From Acidobacteriota bacterium (GTDB lineage: Bacteria; Acidobacteriota; CAIWXX01): 64,000 bases of DNA. The stretch is taken from assembly GCA_040755995.1 (NCBI GenBank), contig JBFMAF010000036.1, positions 224,001-288,000 of the forward strand. Direction: 5' to 3'. The position numbers and the translations under genes were made by a program. The notes under the pieces are model-generated. The model was not told the DNA's origin, did not search any database, and worked only from the letters and a program-made list of their open reading frames with translations. Shown here one piece after another: positions 1-12,000 of the stretch. Numbering within the stretch: the first letter of the stretch is position 1; every line of letters starts with the position of its first letter.

Positions 1-1
1 C

Positions 2-3000
2 GTGTTGGGCGACGACGGCCGGTTGTGCGGCATCGGAGAACCCGGGGAGATTTTCGTGCGGACCCCCTTCCGCACTCTCGGCTACCTGAACACCCCCGAG
101 GAGAATCGGCTGCGCTTCGTAGCGAACCCCTTCGGGAACGATCCAGACGATCTTCTCTACCGCTCGGGGGACCGTGGACGATACCGGCCCGACGGGTCTC
201 TGGAGATCCTCGGTCGTTTCGATCACCAGGTCAAGATCCGCGGCGTCCGCGTCGAGTTGTCGGAAATCGAGGCTGCTCTGAGCAAGCACCCAGACCTGCA
301 GGGCACAGCCGTCATCGCCTCGGAAGACGTCTTGGGAAACAAGCGTCTCGTGGCCTACGTCGCGTGTAGTCCGCAGGAGCAGCCCACTAGCGGAGAGCTG
401 CGCAGCTTCCTGAGGGGAATGCTCCCCGAGTACCTCATCCCCTCGGTTTTCGTCACCATGGCGGCTCTGCCGCTGACATCCAGCGGGAAGGTGGACCGCC
501 GAGCCCTCCCTGAGCCGGCCCAAGGCCCTGAGGACGGTGATGGATCGTACGTGGCACCGCGGACGCCTGACGAGGAGCTGCTCGCGGGAATCTGGCAAGA
601 CGTGCTCGGGCTGGATCGCGTCGGAGTTCACGATAACTTCTTCGATCGCGGCGGTCACTCACTCCTTGCCACTCAGGTCATCTCGCGCGCGAGAACCGCG
701 TGTCAGAGGGAGCTTCCCTTACGGATCCTGTTCGAGACCCCGACAATCGCCGGCCTGGCCGGCTACATCGCGGCACAACGAGCCGAGTCATCCGGCCCTG
801 TCCCGCAGCTCGTGCCAGTTCCCCGGAAGGGGAGTGTCCCGCTTTCCTTCGCGCAGGAGCGACTCTGGATTCTCAATCAGCTCGATTCGGAATCCGCCGC
901 TTACAACGTCTTTCGAGCAGTGCGGCTCAAAGGGGAGTTGGATCTGGACCTCCTGCGGAAGAGCTTCAACGACCTCGTCAGCCGGCACGAAAGCCTCCGT
1001 ACCACGTTCCAGGCGGAGGACGGCGTGCCGGTCCAGGTCATCGGGCCGCATCACAGTCTCGACATTCCTCTTCACGATCTTCGGTGCCTTATCGGGGAGG
1101 CTCAGCAGGACGAGATCATGCGCCTGGCGGATGAAGAGAGCGAGAGGCCTTTCGATCTGACTCGAGGTCCGCTCCTTCGGGTCACGGTCCTTCGCCTCGA
1201 CGACGCCGACCACATCATGTTCCTGACGTTCCATCACATCATCACCGACGGCTGGTCGATGTGGGTCTTCGTGCGCGAGATGGCGCTTCTCTACCAGGCC
1301 CATGCGGAGGGCAGGCCGTCTCCGCTGCAGGATCTCTCTATCCAATACGCCGACTTTGCGCTCTGGCAGAGGGACTATCTGCGAGGGGAGACACTGAAGT
1401 CCCACAGATCGTATTGGGAGACGCAGCTCGCGGGAGCTCCCGGAGCGATCGAGCTGCCCGTGGATGGGACCAGCCAGGAAGATGTGGGGTCGAAAGGAGG
1501 AATCCGGACGCTTCATCTCAGCGCCGCGCTCTCGAAGTCGCTTCGGGATCTGAGCCGGCGGCACGGCGCGACTCTCTTCATGACGCTGCTCGCCGCATTC
1601 AAGGCCCTTCTCCACCGGTTGACAGCCCAGGATGACATCGTCGTCGGATCGCCCATCGCCGGGCGAATTCGTCCTGAGATCGAGAATCTGATCGGGTTCT
1701 TCGTGAATACGCTGGTCCTGAGAACGGACCTCTCAGGCCGGCCCACCTTTGTCGAGCTGCTCAGGCGCGTCCGCGAGGTCACGCTGGGCGCCTATTCTCA
1801 CGCCGACTATCCTTTCGAGAAGCTCGTCGAGGACCTCCACCCGGATCGCGACATGGGGCGGAACCCCTTCTTCCAGGTGCTCTTCAACTTCATCAGCACG
1901 CCTCCACACAGCCTCACACTGCCCGCACTCTCCCTCGGCTTCGAAGAGCTCACCGAACCACCGCGACGATTCCCGATCACGTTCTACGCCTTGGATTTCG
2001 AAGAGGCTCTGAGTTTCAGGCTTGTCTACCAGACGTCGCTCTTCTCCTCCTCCCGGATCGAGAGCCTCCTCGACCAGTACCACCACCTGCTCGAACAGAT
2101 CGTCGAATCTCCGGAGCTGCCCGTGGGGGCGCTGTCACTGGTGACTCCGGCCGCGCGCCGACTTCTTCCCGATCCCGCGAGGCCGCTGGATGAGCCAGCC
2201 TTCGAGCCGGTCGCGGACATGTTCTATCGCTGGGTCGATCAGGCTCCCGCCTCGCCGGCCGTCTCCACTGGGAGAGCCGTCTGGAGCTATGCAGCGCTCG
2301 GCCGCAGAGCCACCGATATAGCCCGCCGGCTCGCCGGCAGCGGGCTGAATCGGGGCGATGTCGTGGCCATCGCCGGCGCCCGGTCGGTCGGTGTCGTCGC
2401 CTGCATGCTCGGCGTCCTCCGCGCCGGCGGCGCCCTGCTTCTGGTCGACAAGAACCTGCCGGTGCAGCGGCAGCGTCTCATGATCCGGGAGGCCCAGGCC
2501 CGGCACGCCCTCTTCGTGGGCGAGGTCCCGTTGGAAGCTTCCGAGTTCCTCAGCGTGCAGAGGGTGGACGAGGGCGATGGGTGCATCAGGGGTGAAGGGA
2601 GCACTGTGGATGCAAGTGCACTCCCGGCCTCATGCCCTGACGATCCCGCATACGTATTCTTCACGTCGGGAAGCACCGGCACGCCCAAGGGCGTCCTCGG
2701 CTGCCAGAAGGGGTTGAGCCATTTCCTGGCGTGGCAGCGCGAAATGTTTGCGGTCGGACCGCAGGATCGGTCCGCGCAGCTGACGGCGCTCTCCTTTGAC
2801 GTGGTTCTCAGGGATGTTCTTCTACCTCTCGTGAGCGGTGCCACGCTCTGCATCCCGCCGGAGGACATGGACCTGGGGCCGGATCGGATCATCCCATGGT
2901 TGGACAGCGAGCGGATCACCGTCCTGCACACGGTTCCGACGCTGGCGAGGACGTGGTTGGCGCGCGCTCCTGAGGGCGTCCACCCGCGGGCACTGAGGTG

Positions 3001-6000
3001 GGTGTTCTTCGCAGGCGAGCCCCTGCCTGAGTCCCTTGTGCTTCGCTGGCGCGAGACGTTCTCCGGCGGCGGGACGATCGTGAACCTGTACGGGCCGACC
3101 GAGACCACACTCGCGAAGTTCTCATACGCCGTGCCCGATGAGCCCGCGCCTGACGTGCAGCCCGTGGGATGGCCTCTACCGGAGACGCAAGGGCTCGTAC
3201 TGGGCGAAGGAGGTGTGCTGTGCGGCATCGGCGAGCCGGGCGAGATCGTCATACGCACGCCATTCCGCAGTCTCGGCTATCTGAACGCACCTGAGGAGAA
3301 CCAGAGGCGCTTCTTCCCAAATCCCTGCAGTGGTGACCCTCGTGATCTGTTGTATCGGAGCGGGGACCGCGGGCGATACAGGCCGGATGGCTCGCTCGAA
3401 ATCCTCGGCCGCCTCGACTTCCAGGCAAAAATCCGCGGAGTCCGGGTCGAGCTGCAGGAGGTCGAGGCGGCGCTGGGCAGGCACCCCGGCGTGCAGGCCG
3501 CCTGCGTCGTCGCCCCCGAGGATGCTCATGGCGGCAGATTCCTAGCGGCCTACATCGTCCCCAACGGCAGGACGAAGATCCATCGAGGCGAGTTGCGTCG
3601 GTTCCTAAAGGAGAAGCTGCCGGAGTACATGATCCCCGCAGTCTTCGTGGAGCTGGAGGCGATGCCGCTGACGTCGAGCGGGAAGGTCAACCGGCGCGCT
3701 CTGCCTCCACCGGAACAGCTGAGCTCAGAGGTCGAAGAGGCCTTTGTCGCCCCTTGTAGCCACGAGGAACAGGTCCTCGCAGCGATCTGGGGGGACGTGC
3801 TGGGCCGGGAGCGGATCGGGATTCACGACAACTTCTTCGATCTCGGAGGACACTCCCTGCTCGCCACACAGGTCGTCTCCCGCGCCCGATCGGCTCTCCA
3901 GAAGGAGATCCCGCTCAGAGCTCTCTTCGAGAATCCGACGATCGCCGGCTTGGCCGGCGTCATCGCCGCAGGCACGCAGCAGTCAGCCGCTGTCGCGCAG
4001 ATCGTTCCGATGCCCCGCGATGGGAACATCCCGCCGTCATTCGCACAGGAGCGGATGTGGTTCTTGAACCAGTTCGATCCCGGAACCGCCGCATACAACA
4101 CCTACCGCGCGGTCAGGCTCAGGGGCACGCTGGACGTGGATATCCTGACGCGATGCGTTAACGAGATTGTCCGGCGTCACGAGGCCCTGCGGACCGTGTT
4201 CGTTTCGATCGACGGGTATCCGTATCAGGTCGTCCGGCCGGAGCTCCACGTGAGCATTCCCGTCCAGGACATCGGTGCTCCTGACCAGGAGAACGCGGTG
4301 CTGAGGCTGGCCAGGGAGGAAAGTGAAAGACCGTTCGACCTGGAACACGGGCCACTCCTGAGGTTCGCTCTGCTCAGGCTCGGCGCGGCGGACCACGTCA
4401 TGCTCCTGACGTTCCACCACATCATCACCGATGCGTGGTCCAGCTGGACCTTCGTACGCGAATTGACGCTGCTCTACGAATCGTACCTGGAAGGCATGCC
4501 GTCTCCGCTGCCGGAGCTGCCGGTACAGTACGCCGACTTCGCTCTGTGGCAACGGCGATGGTTGCAGGGCGAGGTGCTGGCGTCGCACATCTCGTACTGG
4601 AAGGCGAAGCTCCGCGGAGCTCCGCCGCTGCTGACGCTCCCGACGACTCACCCGCGCCCGGCCGTGCAGACCTTCAACGGCGCTCACTACACAGAGGTTC
4701 TGCCGCCATCGTTGATGACGGCCCTCAGAGACGTGAGTCATCGCAACGGCGCCACCCTGTTCATGTCGCTGCTCTCCGCCTTCAGCGTGCTTCTGTCCAA
4801 GTACGCCGGCCAGGATGATGTGCTGATCGGCTCGCCCATAGCGAATCGCAACCGGTCCGAGATCGAGAACCTGATCGGGTTCTTCGTGAACACGCTGGTG
4901 TTTCGCGCCGATGTCTCAGGCGACCCGACATTCACCGAGCTGCTCGCGCGCGTTCGAGAGACGACGATGGAAGGCTATGCGCATCAGGACGTGCCGTTCG
5001 AGAAGCTGGTCGAGGAGCTGCATCCAGAGCGGGATCTGAGTCACCCGCCGCTGTTCCAGGTCATGTTCATAATGCAGAACGTCCCTCGCACATCGATCGC
5101 GCTTTCGGGCCTGACTCTGGATCCGCTGGAGATCGACAACGAGGCGTCGAAGTTCGACCTGACGCTGTCGGTGACGGAGTCCGAGCAGGGGCTGTTTGCG
5201 AGTTACGAGTACAACACGGACCTGTTCGATGCGGCTGCGATCGAACGGATGGCGGGTCATTTCCGCGTGCTGCTCGAATCCATGGCGGGCCGCCCGGAGT
5301 CGCGCATTTCGGAGCTTCCGCTGATGAGCGGGCCGGAGCAGGAACGCGTGTTGGTTGAGTGGAACGCCACGCGCCGCGAGTATCGGCGTGAGAAGTGCGT
5401 ACACGAGCTGTTCGAGGAGCACGCGGCGCGGAGCCCTGAGGCGACGGCGATCGTCTTCCAGGACCAGGCTCTCACCTACGCCGAGCTCGATGCGCGTGCC
5501 AACCAGGTGGCCAATTACCTGATGGCATTCGGGGCCGGCCCTGAAACACTGGTCGGTATCTGCATCGACCGGTCGCTCGAAATGGTGGTCGGGCTTCTGG
5601 GGATTCTGAAGTCGGGCAGCGCATACGTTCCGCTCGATCCGGAGTATCCGAAAGAGCGGCTGGCATACATGATCGAAGACGCGCGCGTGGGAGTGCTGCT
5701 CACGCAGGAGAGGCTCGATTCCGCGCTTCCGGCGCACGCGGCGACAGTGGTGCGCCTGGATAGCGGCTGGGGAGACGTGGCACGCGAGAGCACGGACAAG
5801 CCGGCCGCGCACGTCGACTCCGAGAGTCTCGCATACGTGATCTACACCTCAGGATCGACGGGGCGGCCCAAAGGAGTGCAGATTCCCCACAGAGCGCTCA
5901 CTAACTTCCTCGTATCCATGCTGGTCGAGCCTGGGCTGGGGAAGGAAGACACTTTGGTCGCGGTCACATCACTCTCGTTCGACATTGCTGCGCTGGAGAT

Positions 6001-9000
6001 CTACCTGCCGCTCATCGCCGGCGGAAGAATCGTTCTCATGAGCCGCGAAGTGGTGGGTGACGGAGAGCGGCTGCGGGATGTGTTGGCGCGATCGGCCGCA
6101 ACCGTCATGCAGGCGACCCCGGCCACCTGGAGGCTTCTGGTGGATGCGGACTGGAGAGCGGGAGACGGATTCAGGGCTCTTTGTGGAGGCGAAGCGCTGC
6201 CGGAATCGCTCTCTGCCGAGCTCCAGAGCCGGTGCGGCTCGGTCTGGAACATGTACGGCCCGACGGAGACGACGGTGTGGTCGAGCATCGAGAGATGCAC
6301 GGATCGAAAGCCCACGATCGGGCGGCCGGTGGCCAATACGACGATGTACATCCTGGATGCGTCTCTGCACCCGGTCCCAGCAGGGGTGTTCGGCGAACTG
6401 TACATCGGCGGAGATGGGGTGGCGCGTGGATATCTGAACCGGCCCGAGCTGACAGCGGAGAAGTTCATCCCGGACCAATTCCGCGGGATCGAGGGTGCGC
6501 GTCTCTACAGGACCGGTGATTCGGCGCGTTTCCTGGCGGATGGGACACTCGAGTACGCGGGGCGCATCGACCACCAGGTGAAGGTGCGCGGTTTCCGGAT
6601 CGAGTTGGGCGAGATCGAGTCGGTGCTTGGCCGGCACGCATCGGTGGCGAATGTGGTCGCGGTCGTGCGTGAAGATGTGCCCGGCGACAAGAGGCTGGTG
6701 GCCTATGTGGTCCCGCGGCAAGACGCCACCGTTGCATCGGGCGAGCTGCGGGAGATGCTGCGCGAGAGCCTGCCCGACTACATGATGCCGGCTGCATTCG
6801 TGATGCTGGATGCGCTGCCGCTTACACCGAACGGGAAAATCGACCGGCGGGCGCTGCCCGCGCCCGATCAGGCCGCGCAGGATGCGGGAACGACGTATGT
6901 GGCTCCCAGGACGCCGCACGAAGAGGTGCTCGCCGGGATCTGGGCCGAGGTGCTTCGCCGGGAGGGCATCGGAGTTCACGACGACTTTTTCGATCTGGGA
7001 GGGCACTCGCTGCTTGCCACACAGGTTGTGTCGCGCGTGCGAGCCGCATTTCAGAAGGAGCTTCCGTTGAGAAGCCTCTTCGAGAGCCCGACGATCGCGG
7101 GTCTGGCTGCTCGACTGACTGGAGACGAGTCGGACCTCGCCGCCGGCATCCCGCCGTTGGTCCCGATGCCCCGAGAAGGCCGCATCCCGCTGTCGTTCGC
7201 GCAGGAGCGGATGTGGTTCCTCAACCAGTTCGACCCCGGGACATCCGCTTACAACCTGTATCGGGCGGTCCGGCTGAGAGGGACTCTCGACCTGGCTCTT
7301 CTGGAACAGTGCGTCAATGAGATCATCGATCGGCACGAAGCCCTGAGAACGCGGTTCATTCCCATCGACGGCTATCCATTCCAGGTTGTGCCGCCTGCGT
7401 CGAGGCTGCCTGTCCCGCTGCGAGACCTCCGGGATCTCCCGGAGCCTGAACGAGACACGATCGTGATGGAGCTTCTCAAGGAAGAGAGCCAGAGGCCGTT
7501 CGACCTGGCTGGCGGTCCTCTCGTGCGCGTGACGGCCTTCCGGCTGGGCGCCGAGGACCACTTCTTGCTTCTGACCTTCCACCACATCGCTTCCGATGCC
7601 TGGTCGATCTGGGGTTTCATCAGGGAGATGAGCGTTCTCTACCAGGCGCATCTTGAAGGTCGTCCGTCTCCACTGCCGGACCTTTCCGTCCAGTACGCCG
7701 ACTTCGCGCTTTGGCAGCGGGAGTGGCTGCGGGGAGAGGCGCTGGCATCTCAGGTCTCGTACTGGAGAGAGAAGCTTCAGGGCGCCCCGCCATTACTGAC
7801 GCTCCCGACGACGCACCCGCGTCCGCCGATGCAGACCTTCAACGGCTCCCGCCACACCACGGTTCTATCTCCTGCCCTGATGGCGGCGCTGAAGGACCTC
7901 AGCCGCCGCAACGGAGCCACCCTGTTCATGACGCTGTTGTCGGGCTTCAGCGCACTCCTGTCGAAGTACTCCGGTCAGGACGATGTGCCGGTGGGCTCGC
8001 CCATAGCGAATCGCAACCGGTCCGAGATCGAAAACCTGATCGGGTTCTTCGTGAATACACTGGTATTCCGCACAGATGTCTCGGGCGACCCGACATTCAC
8101 CGAGCTTCTCTCGCGCGTGCGAGAGACGACGATGGAAGGCTACCTCTATCAGGACGTGCCGTTCGAGAAGCTGGTCGAGGAGCTGCAGCCAGAGCGGGAT
8201 CTGAGCCATCCACCGCTGTTCCAGGTCATGTTCATCATGCAGAACGTGCCACAGACCACTGTCGAACTCCCCGGCCTCACTTTGGATCTCCTCGAAGTCG
8301 GAAGCGCAGCGTCGAAATTCGACCTGACACTGTCGGTGACGGAGGCCGAGGAGGGGCTCTACGCGAGCTATGAGTACAACACAGATCTGTTCGATGCGGC
8401 TGCGATCGAACGGATGGCGGGTCATTTTCGCGTGCTGCTCGAATCCATCGCGAACCGCCCGGAGTCGCGCATTTCGGAGCTTCCGCTGATGACCCTGCCG
8501 GAGCAGGAGCGAGTGCTGGTCGAATGGAACGACACGGGCCGGGAGTACAGGCGTGAAAGGTGTATGCATGAGCTGTTCGAGGAGCAGGCGGCGCGGAGCC
8601 CTGAGGCTACGGCGATCGTCTTTCAGGACCAGGCCCTGACCTACGGCGAGCTAGATGCGCGGGCCAACCAGGTGGCGAACTACCTGAGTGCCCGCGGGGC
8701 CGGCCCTGAAACACTGGTCGGTATCTGCATCGACCGGTCGCTCGAAATGGTGGTTGGACTTCTGGGGATTCTGAAGTCCGGCAGCGCATACGTTCCGCTC
8801 GACCCGGAGTATCCGAAAGAGCGGCTGGCCTACATGATCGAAGACGCGCGAGTGGGAGTGCTGCTCACGCAGGAGAGGCTCGATTCCGTGCTTCCGGCGC
8901 ACGCGGCGACAGCGGTGCGCCTGGATAGCGGCTGGGGCGACGTGGCACGCGAGAGCACGGAAAAGCCGGCCGCGCACGTCGACTCCGAGAGTCTCGCATA

Positions 9001-12000
9001 CGTGATCTACACCTCAGGATCCACGGGGCGGCCCAAAGGAGTGCAAATCCCCCACCGGGCGCTCACGAACTTCATCGAATCCATGCTGGTCGAGCCCGGA
9101 CTGAGGAGGGAAGACACTCTGGTCGCGGTCACCTCACTCTCCTTCGACATAGCGGCGCTGGAGATCTACCTGCCGCTCATCGCCGGTGGGAGGGTCGTTC
9201 TCGCGAGCCGCGAAGTGGCGACCGATGGCGAGCGGCTGCGCGATGCTCTGACTCGATCGGCTGGCACCGTCATGCAGGCGACCCCGGCCACCTGGAGGCT
9301 TCTGGTGGATGCAGGCTGGAGAGCGGGAGACGGATTCAGGGCGCTCTGTGGAGGCGAAGCGCTGCCGGAGTCGCTCGCTGTCGAGCTCCAGAAGCGATGC
9401 GGCTCAGTCTGGAACATGTACGGTCCTACCGAGACGACGGTGTGGTCGAGCATCGAGAGATGCACAGATCGAAAGGCTACGATCGGGCGGCCGGTGGCCA
9501 ATACCGCGATGTACATCCTGGACGCCTCTCTGCACCCGGTGCCGGCCGGGGTGTTCGGCGAGCTGTACATCGGCGGAGATGGGGTGGCGCGCGGATACCT
9601 GAACCGGCCCGAGCTGACAGCCGAGAAGTTCATGCCGGACCAATTCAGCGGGATCGAGGGTGCACGTCTCTACAGGACCGGTGATTCGGCGCGTTTCCTG
9701 GCGGATGGAACCATAGAGTACGGGGGACGCATCGATCACCAGGTCAAGGTACGCGGTTTCCGGATCGAGCTGGGCGAGATCGAGTCGGTGCTTGGCCGGC
9801 ACGCATCTGTCGCGAACTCGGTTGTAGTCGTGCGCGAAGATGTGCCCGGCGACAAGAGGCTGGCGGCCTACGTGGTCCCGCGGCAGGACGCAGCCGTTGT
9901 GATTGGCGAGCTGCGGGAGATGCTGCGCGAGAGCCTGCCCGACTACATGATGCCGTCCGCATTCGTTGTGATGGATGCGCTGCCACTGACGCCGAACGGG
10001 AAGATCGACCGGCGCGCGCTGCCGGCGCCCGATCAGGCCGCGCAGGATGCGGGAACGACGTACGTGGCTCCCAGGACGCCGCATGAAGAGGTGCTCGCCG
10101 GGATCTGGGCCGAGGTGCTTCGCCGGGAGCGCATCGGGGTTCACGACGACTTTTTCGATCTGGGAGGGCACTCGCTGCTTGCCACACAGGTTGTGTCGCG
10201 CGTGCGAGCCGCATTTCAGAAGGAGCTTCCATTGAGAAGCCTCTTCGAGAACCCGACGATCGCGGGTCTAGCTGCACGATTGACCGGAGACCAGTCTAAC
10301 CTCGCCGCCAGTATCCCGCCGCTCCTCCCGATGCCGCGAGAAGGTCGGATCCCGCTCTCGTTCGCGCAGGAGCGGATGTGGTTCCTCAACCAGCTCGATC
10401 CAGAGACGACGGCCTACAACCTGTATTCCGCAATGCGTCTCACGGGCGCCCTCGATCTCGGCATCCTCGGGAAGGGCCTCAACGAGATCCTGCGGCGCCA
10501 CGAGAACCTGAGGACAGTCTTCGTTTCGGTCGATGGGCACCCGTGCCAGGTCATAGCGCCCGAGCTGGAGCTCGAGCTGGAGTTTTCGGACATCGCCGGC
10601 CTTGCGGAGCCCGATCGTGAGAAGGAGGCCAGGAGACTGGCGGACATCGAGAACAACAGGCCCTTTGACCTGATCCGCGGACCTCTCGTCCGGATGAAGG
10701 TGCTCCGCCTCGGCCCCACCGAACACATCCTGCTCGCCGCCATGCACCACATCATCACGGATGGGTGGTCTGCGAGAGTCTTCATTCGAGAGCTCATCGA
10801 GCTGTACCGCGCATTCTCAGAAGGTCTGCCATCCCCACTGCCGGAGCTGCCCATTCAGTACGCTGATTTCGCGCTCTGGCAGAGAGGGTGGCTGCAAGGG
10901 GAGGCTCTCGATGAGCAGATGTCCTACTGGCAGAGGAAGCTCGGTGGAAACCCGCCCGTGCTCGAGCTTCCCGCGGACCGCTCGCGCTCACACACGCAAG
11001 GCTTCCAGGCGGCCCACGAATCCGTGACGATCCCGCCGGCTGTCGTCGACGCGTTGAAGAAGCTCAGCCGTCTCCACGGAAGCTCCCTCTACATGACGCT
11101 CCTTGCCGGTTTCGAGGCTCTTCTGTATCGCTACACGGGACAGGATGACTTCCTGATCGGCGCGCCGATCGCCAACCGCAACAGGGCTGATACCGAAAAC
11201 CTCATCGGGTTCTTCCTCAACACGCTGATCATCCGCGCAGACCTCGCGGGAGATCCGTCGTTCGAGGAACTTCTGGAACGCGTGCGAAACGTCTCACTCG
11301 AAGCGTTTGCGCATCAGGACCTCCCGCTCGAGCAAGTCCTTCGCGTCTTCCCGTCAGATCATCAACTGACACGCACTTCTCCATTCCAGGTGATGTTCCT
11401 TCTCCAGAACATCCCGCCTCTGGACAGGGCTGTTTCGCAGCTCACTATCACCGCGGTTGACACCGCGCGGGGAGTGGACCTCGGCACTGCCATCTTCGAT
11501 CTTGCGATGACTGTGCAGGAGCGCGATGGCGGTCTGGATGCCAGCATTCTGTACAATGCGGGACTCTTCGATGCGGTGAGCATCACCCGGATGCTCGATC
11601 GCTACCGATCACTTCTGGAAGGTGCCGCCGGCGCGCCGTCACAGCGCCTCTCGCGCTTGGGTCTGATGAATGAGGTGGAACGTCAGGATCTGCTGGCGCG
11701 CTCGATCGGACCATGCGACAGCGATGGCGCTCCACTTGCGCACCGCATGTTCGAGGCTCGCGTCGAAGTGACACCCGAGCAGGTGGCGGTTCTCTCGGAA
11801 GATCGGCAGCTCACCTACCGGGATCTGAACGCAGAAGCCAACCGGCTGGCCCGCCGGCTGCAGGCGCTCGGCGCCGGCCCCGAAGTCCGCGTCGCGATCT
11901 GCATGCCGCGGTGCGTCGAGATGATCGTTGCTGTGCTCGGTGTGTTGAAGGCTGGCGCCGCCTACGTCCCGATCGATCCGGCCTATCCCGTGGATCGAAA

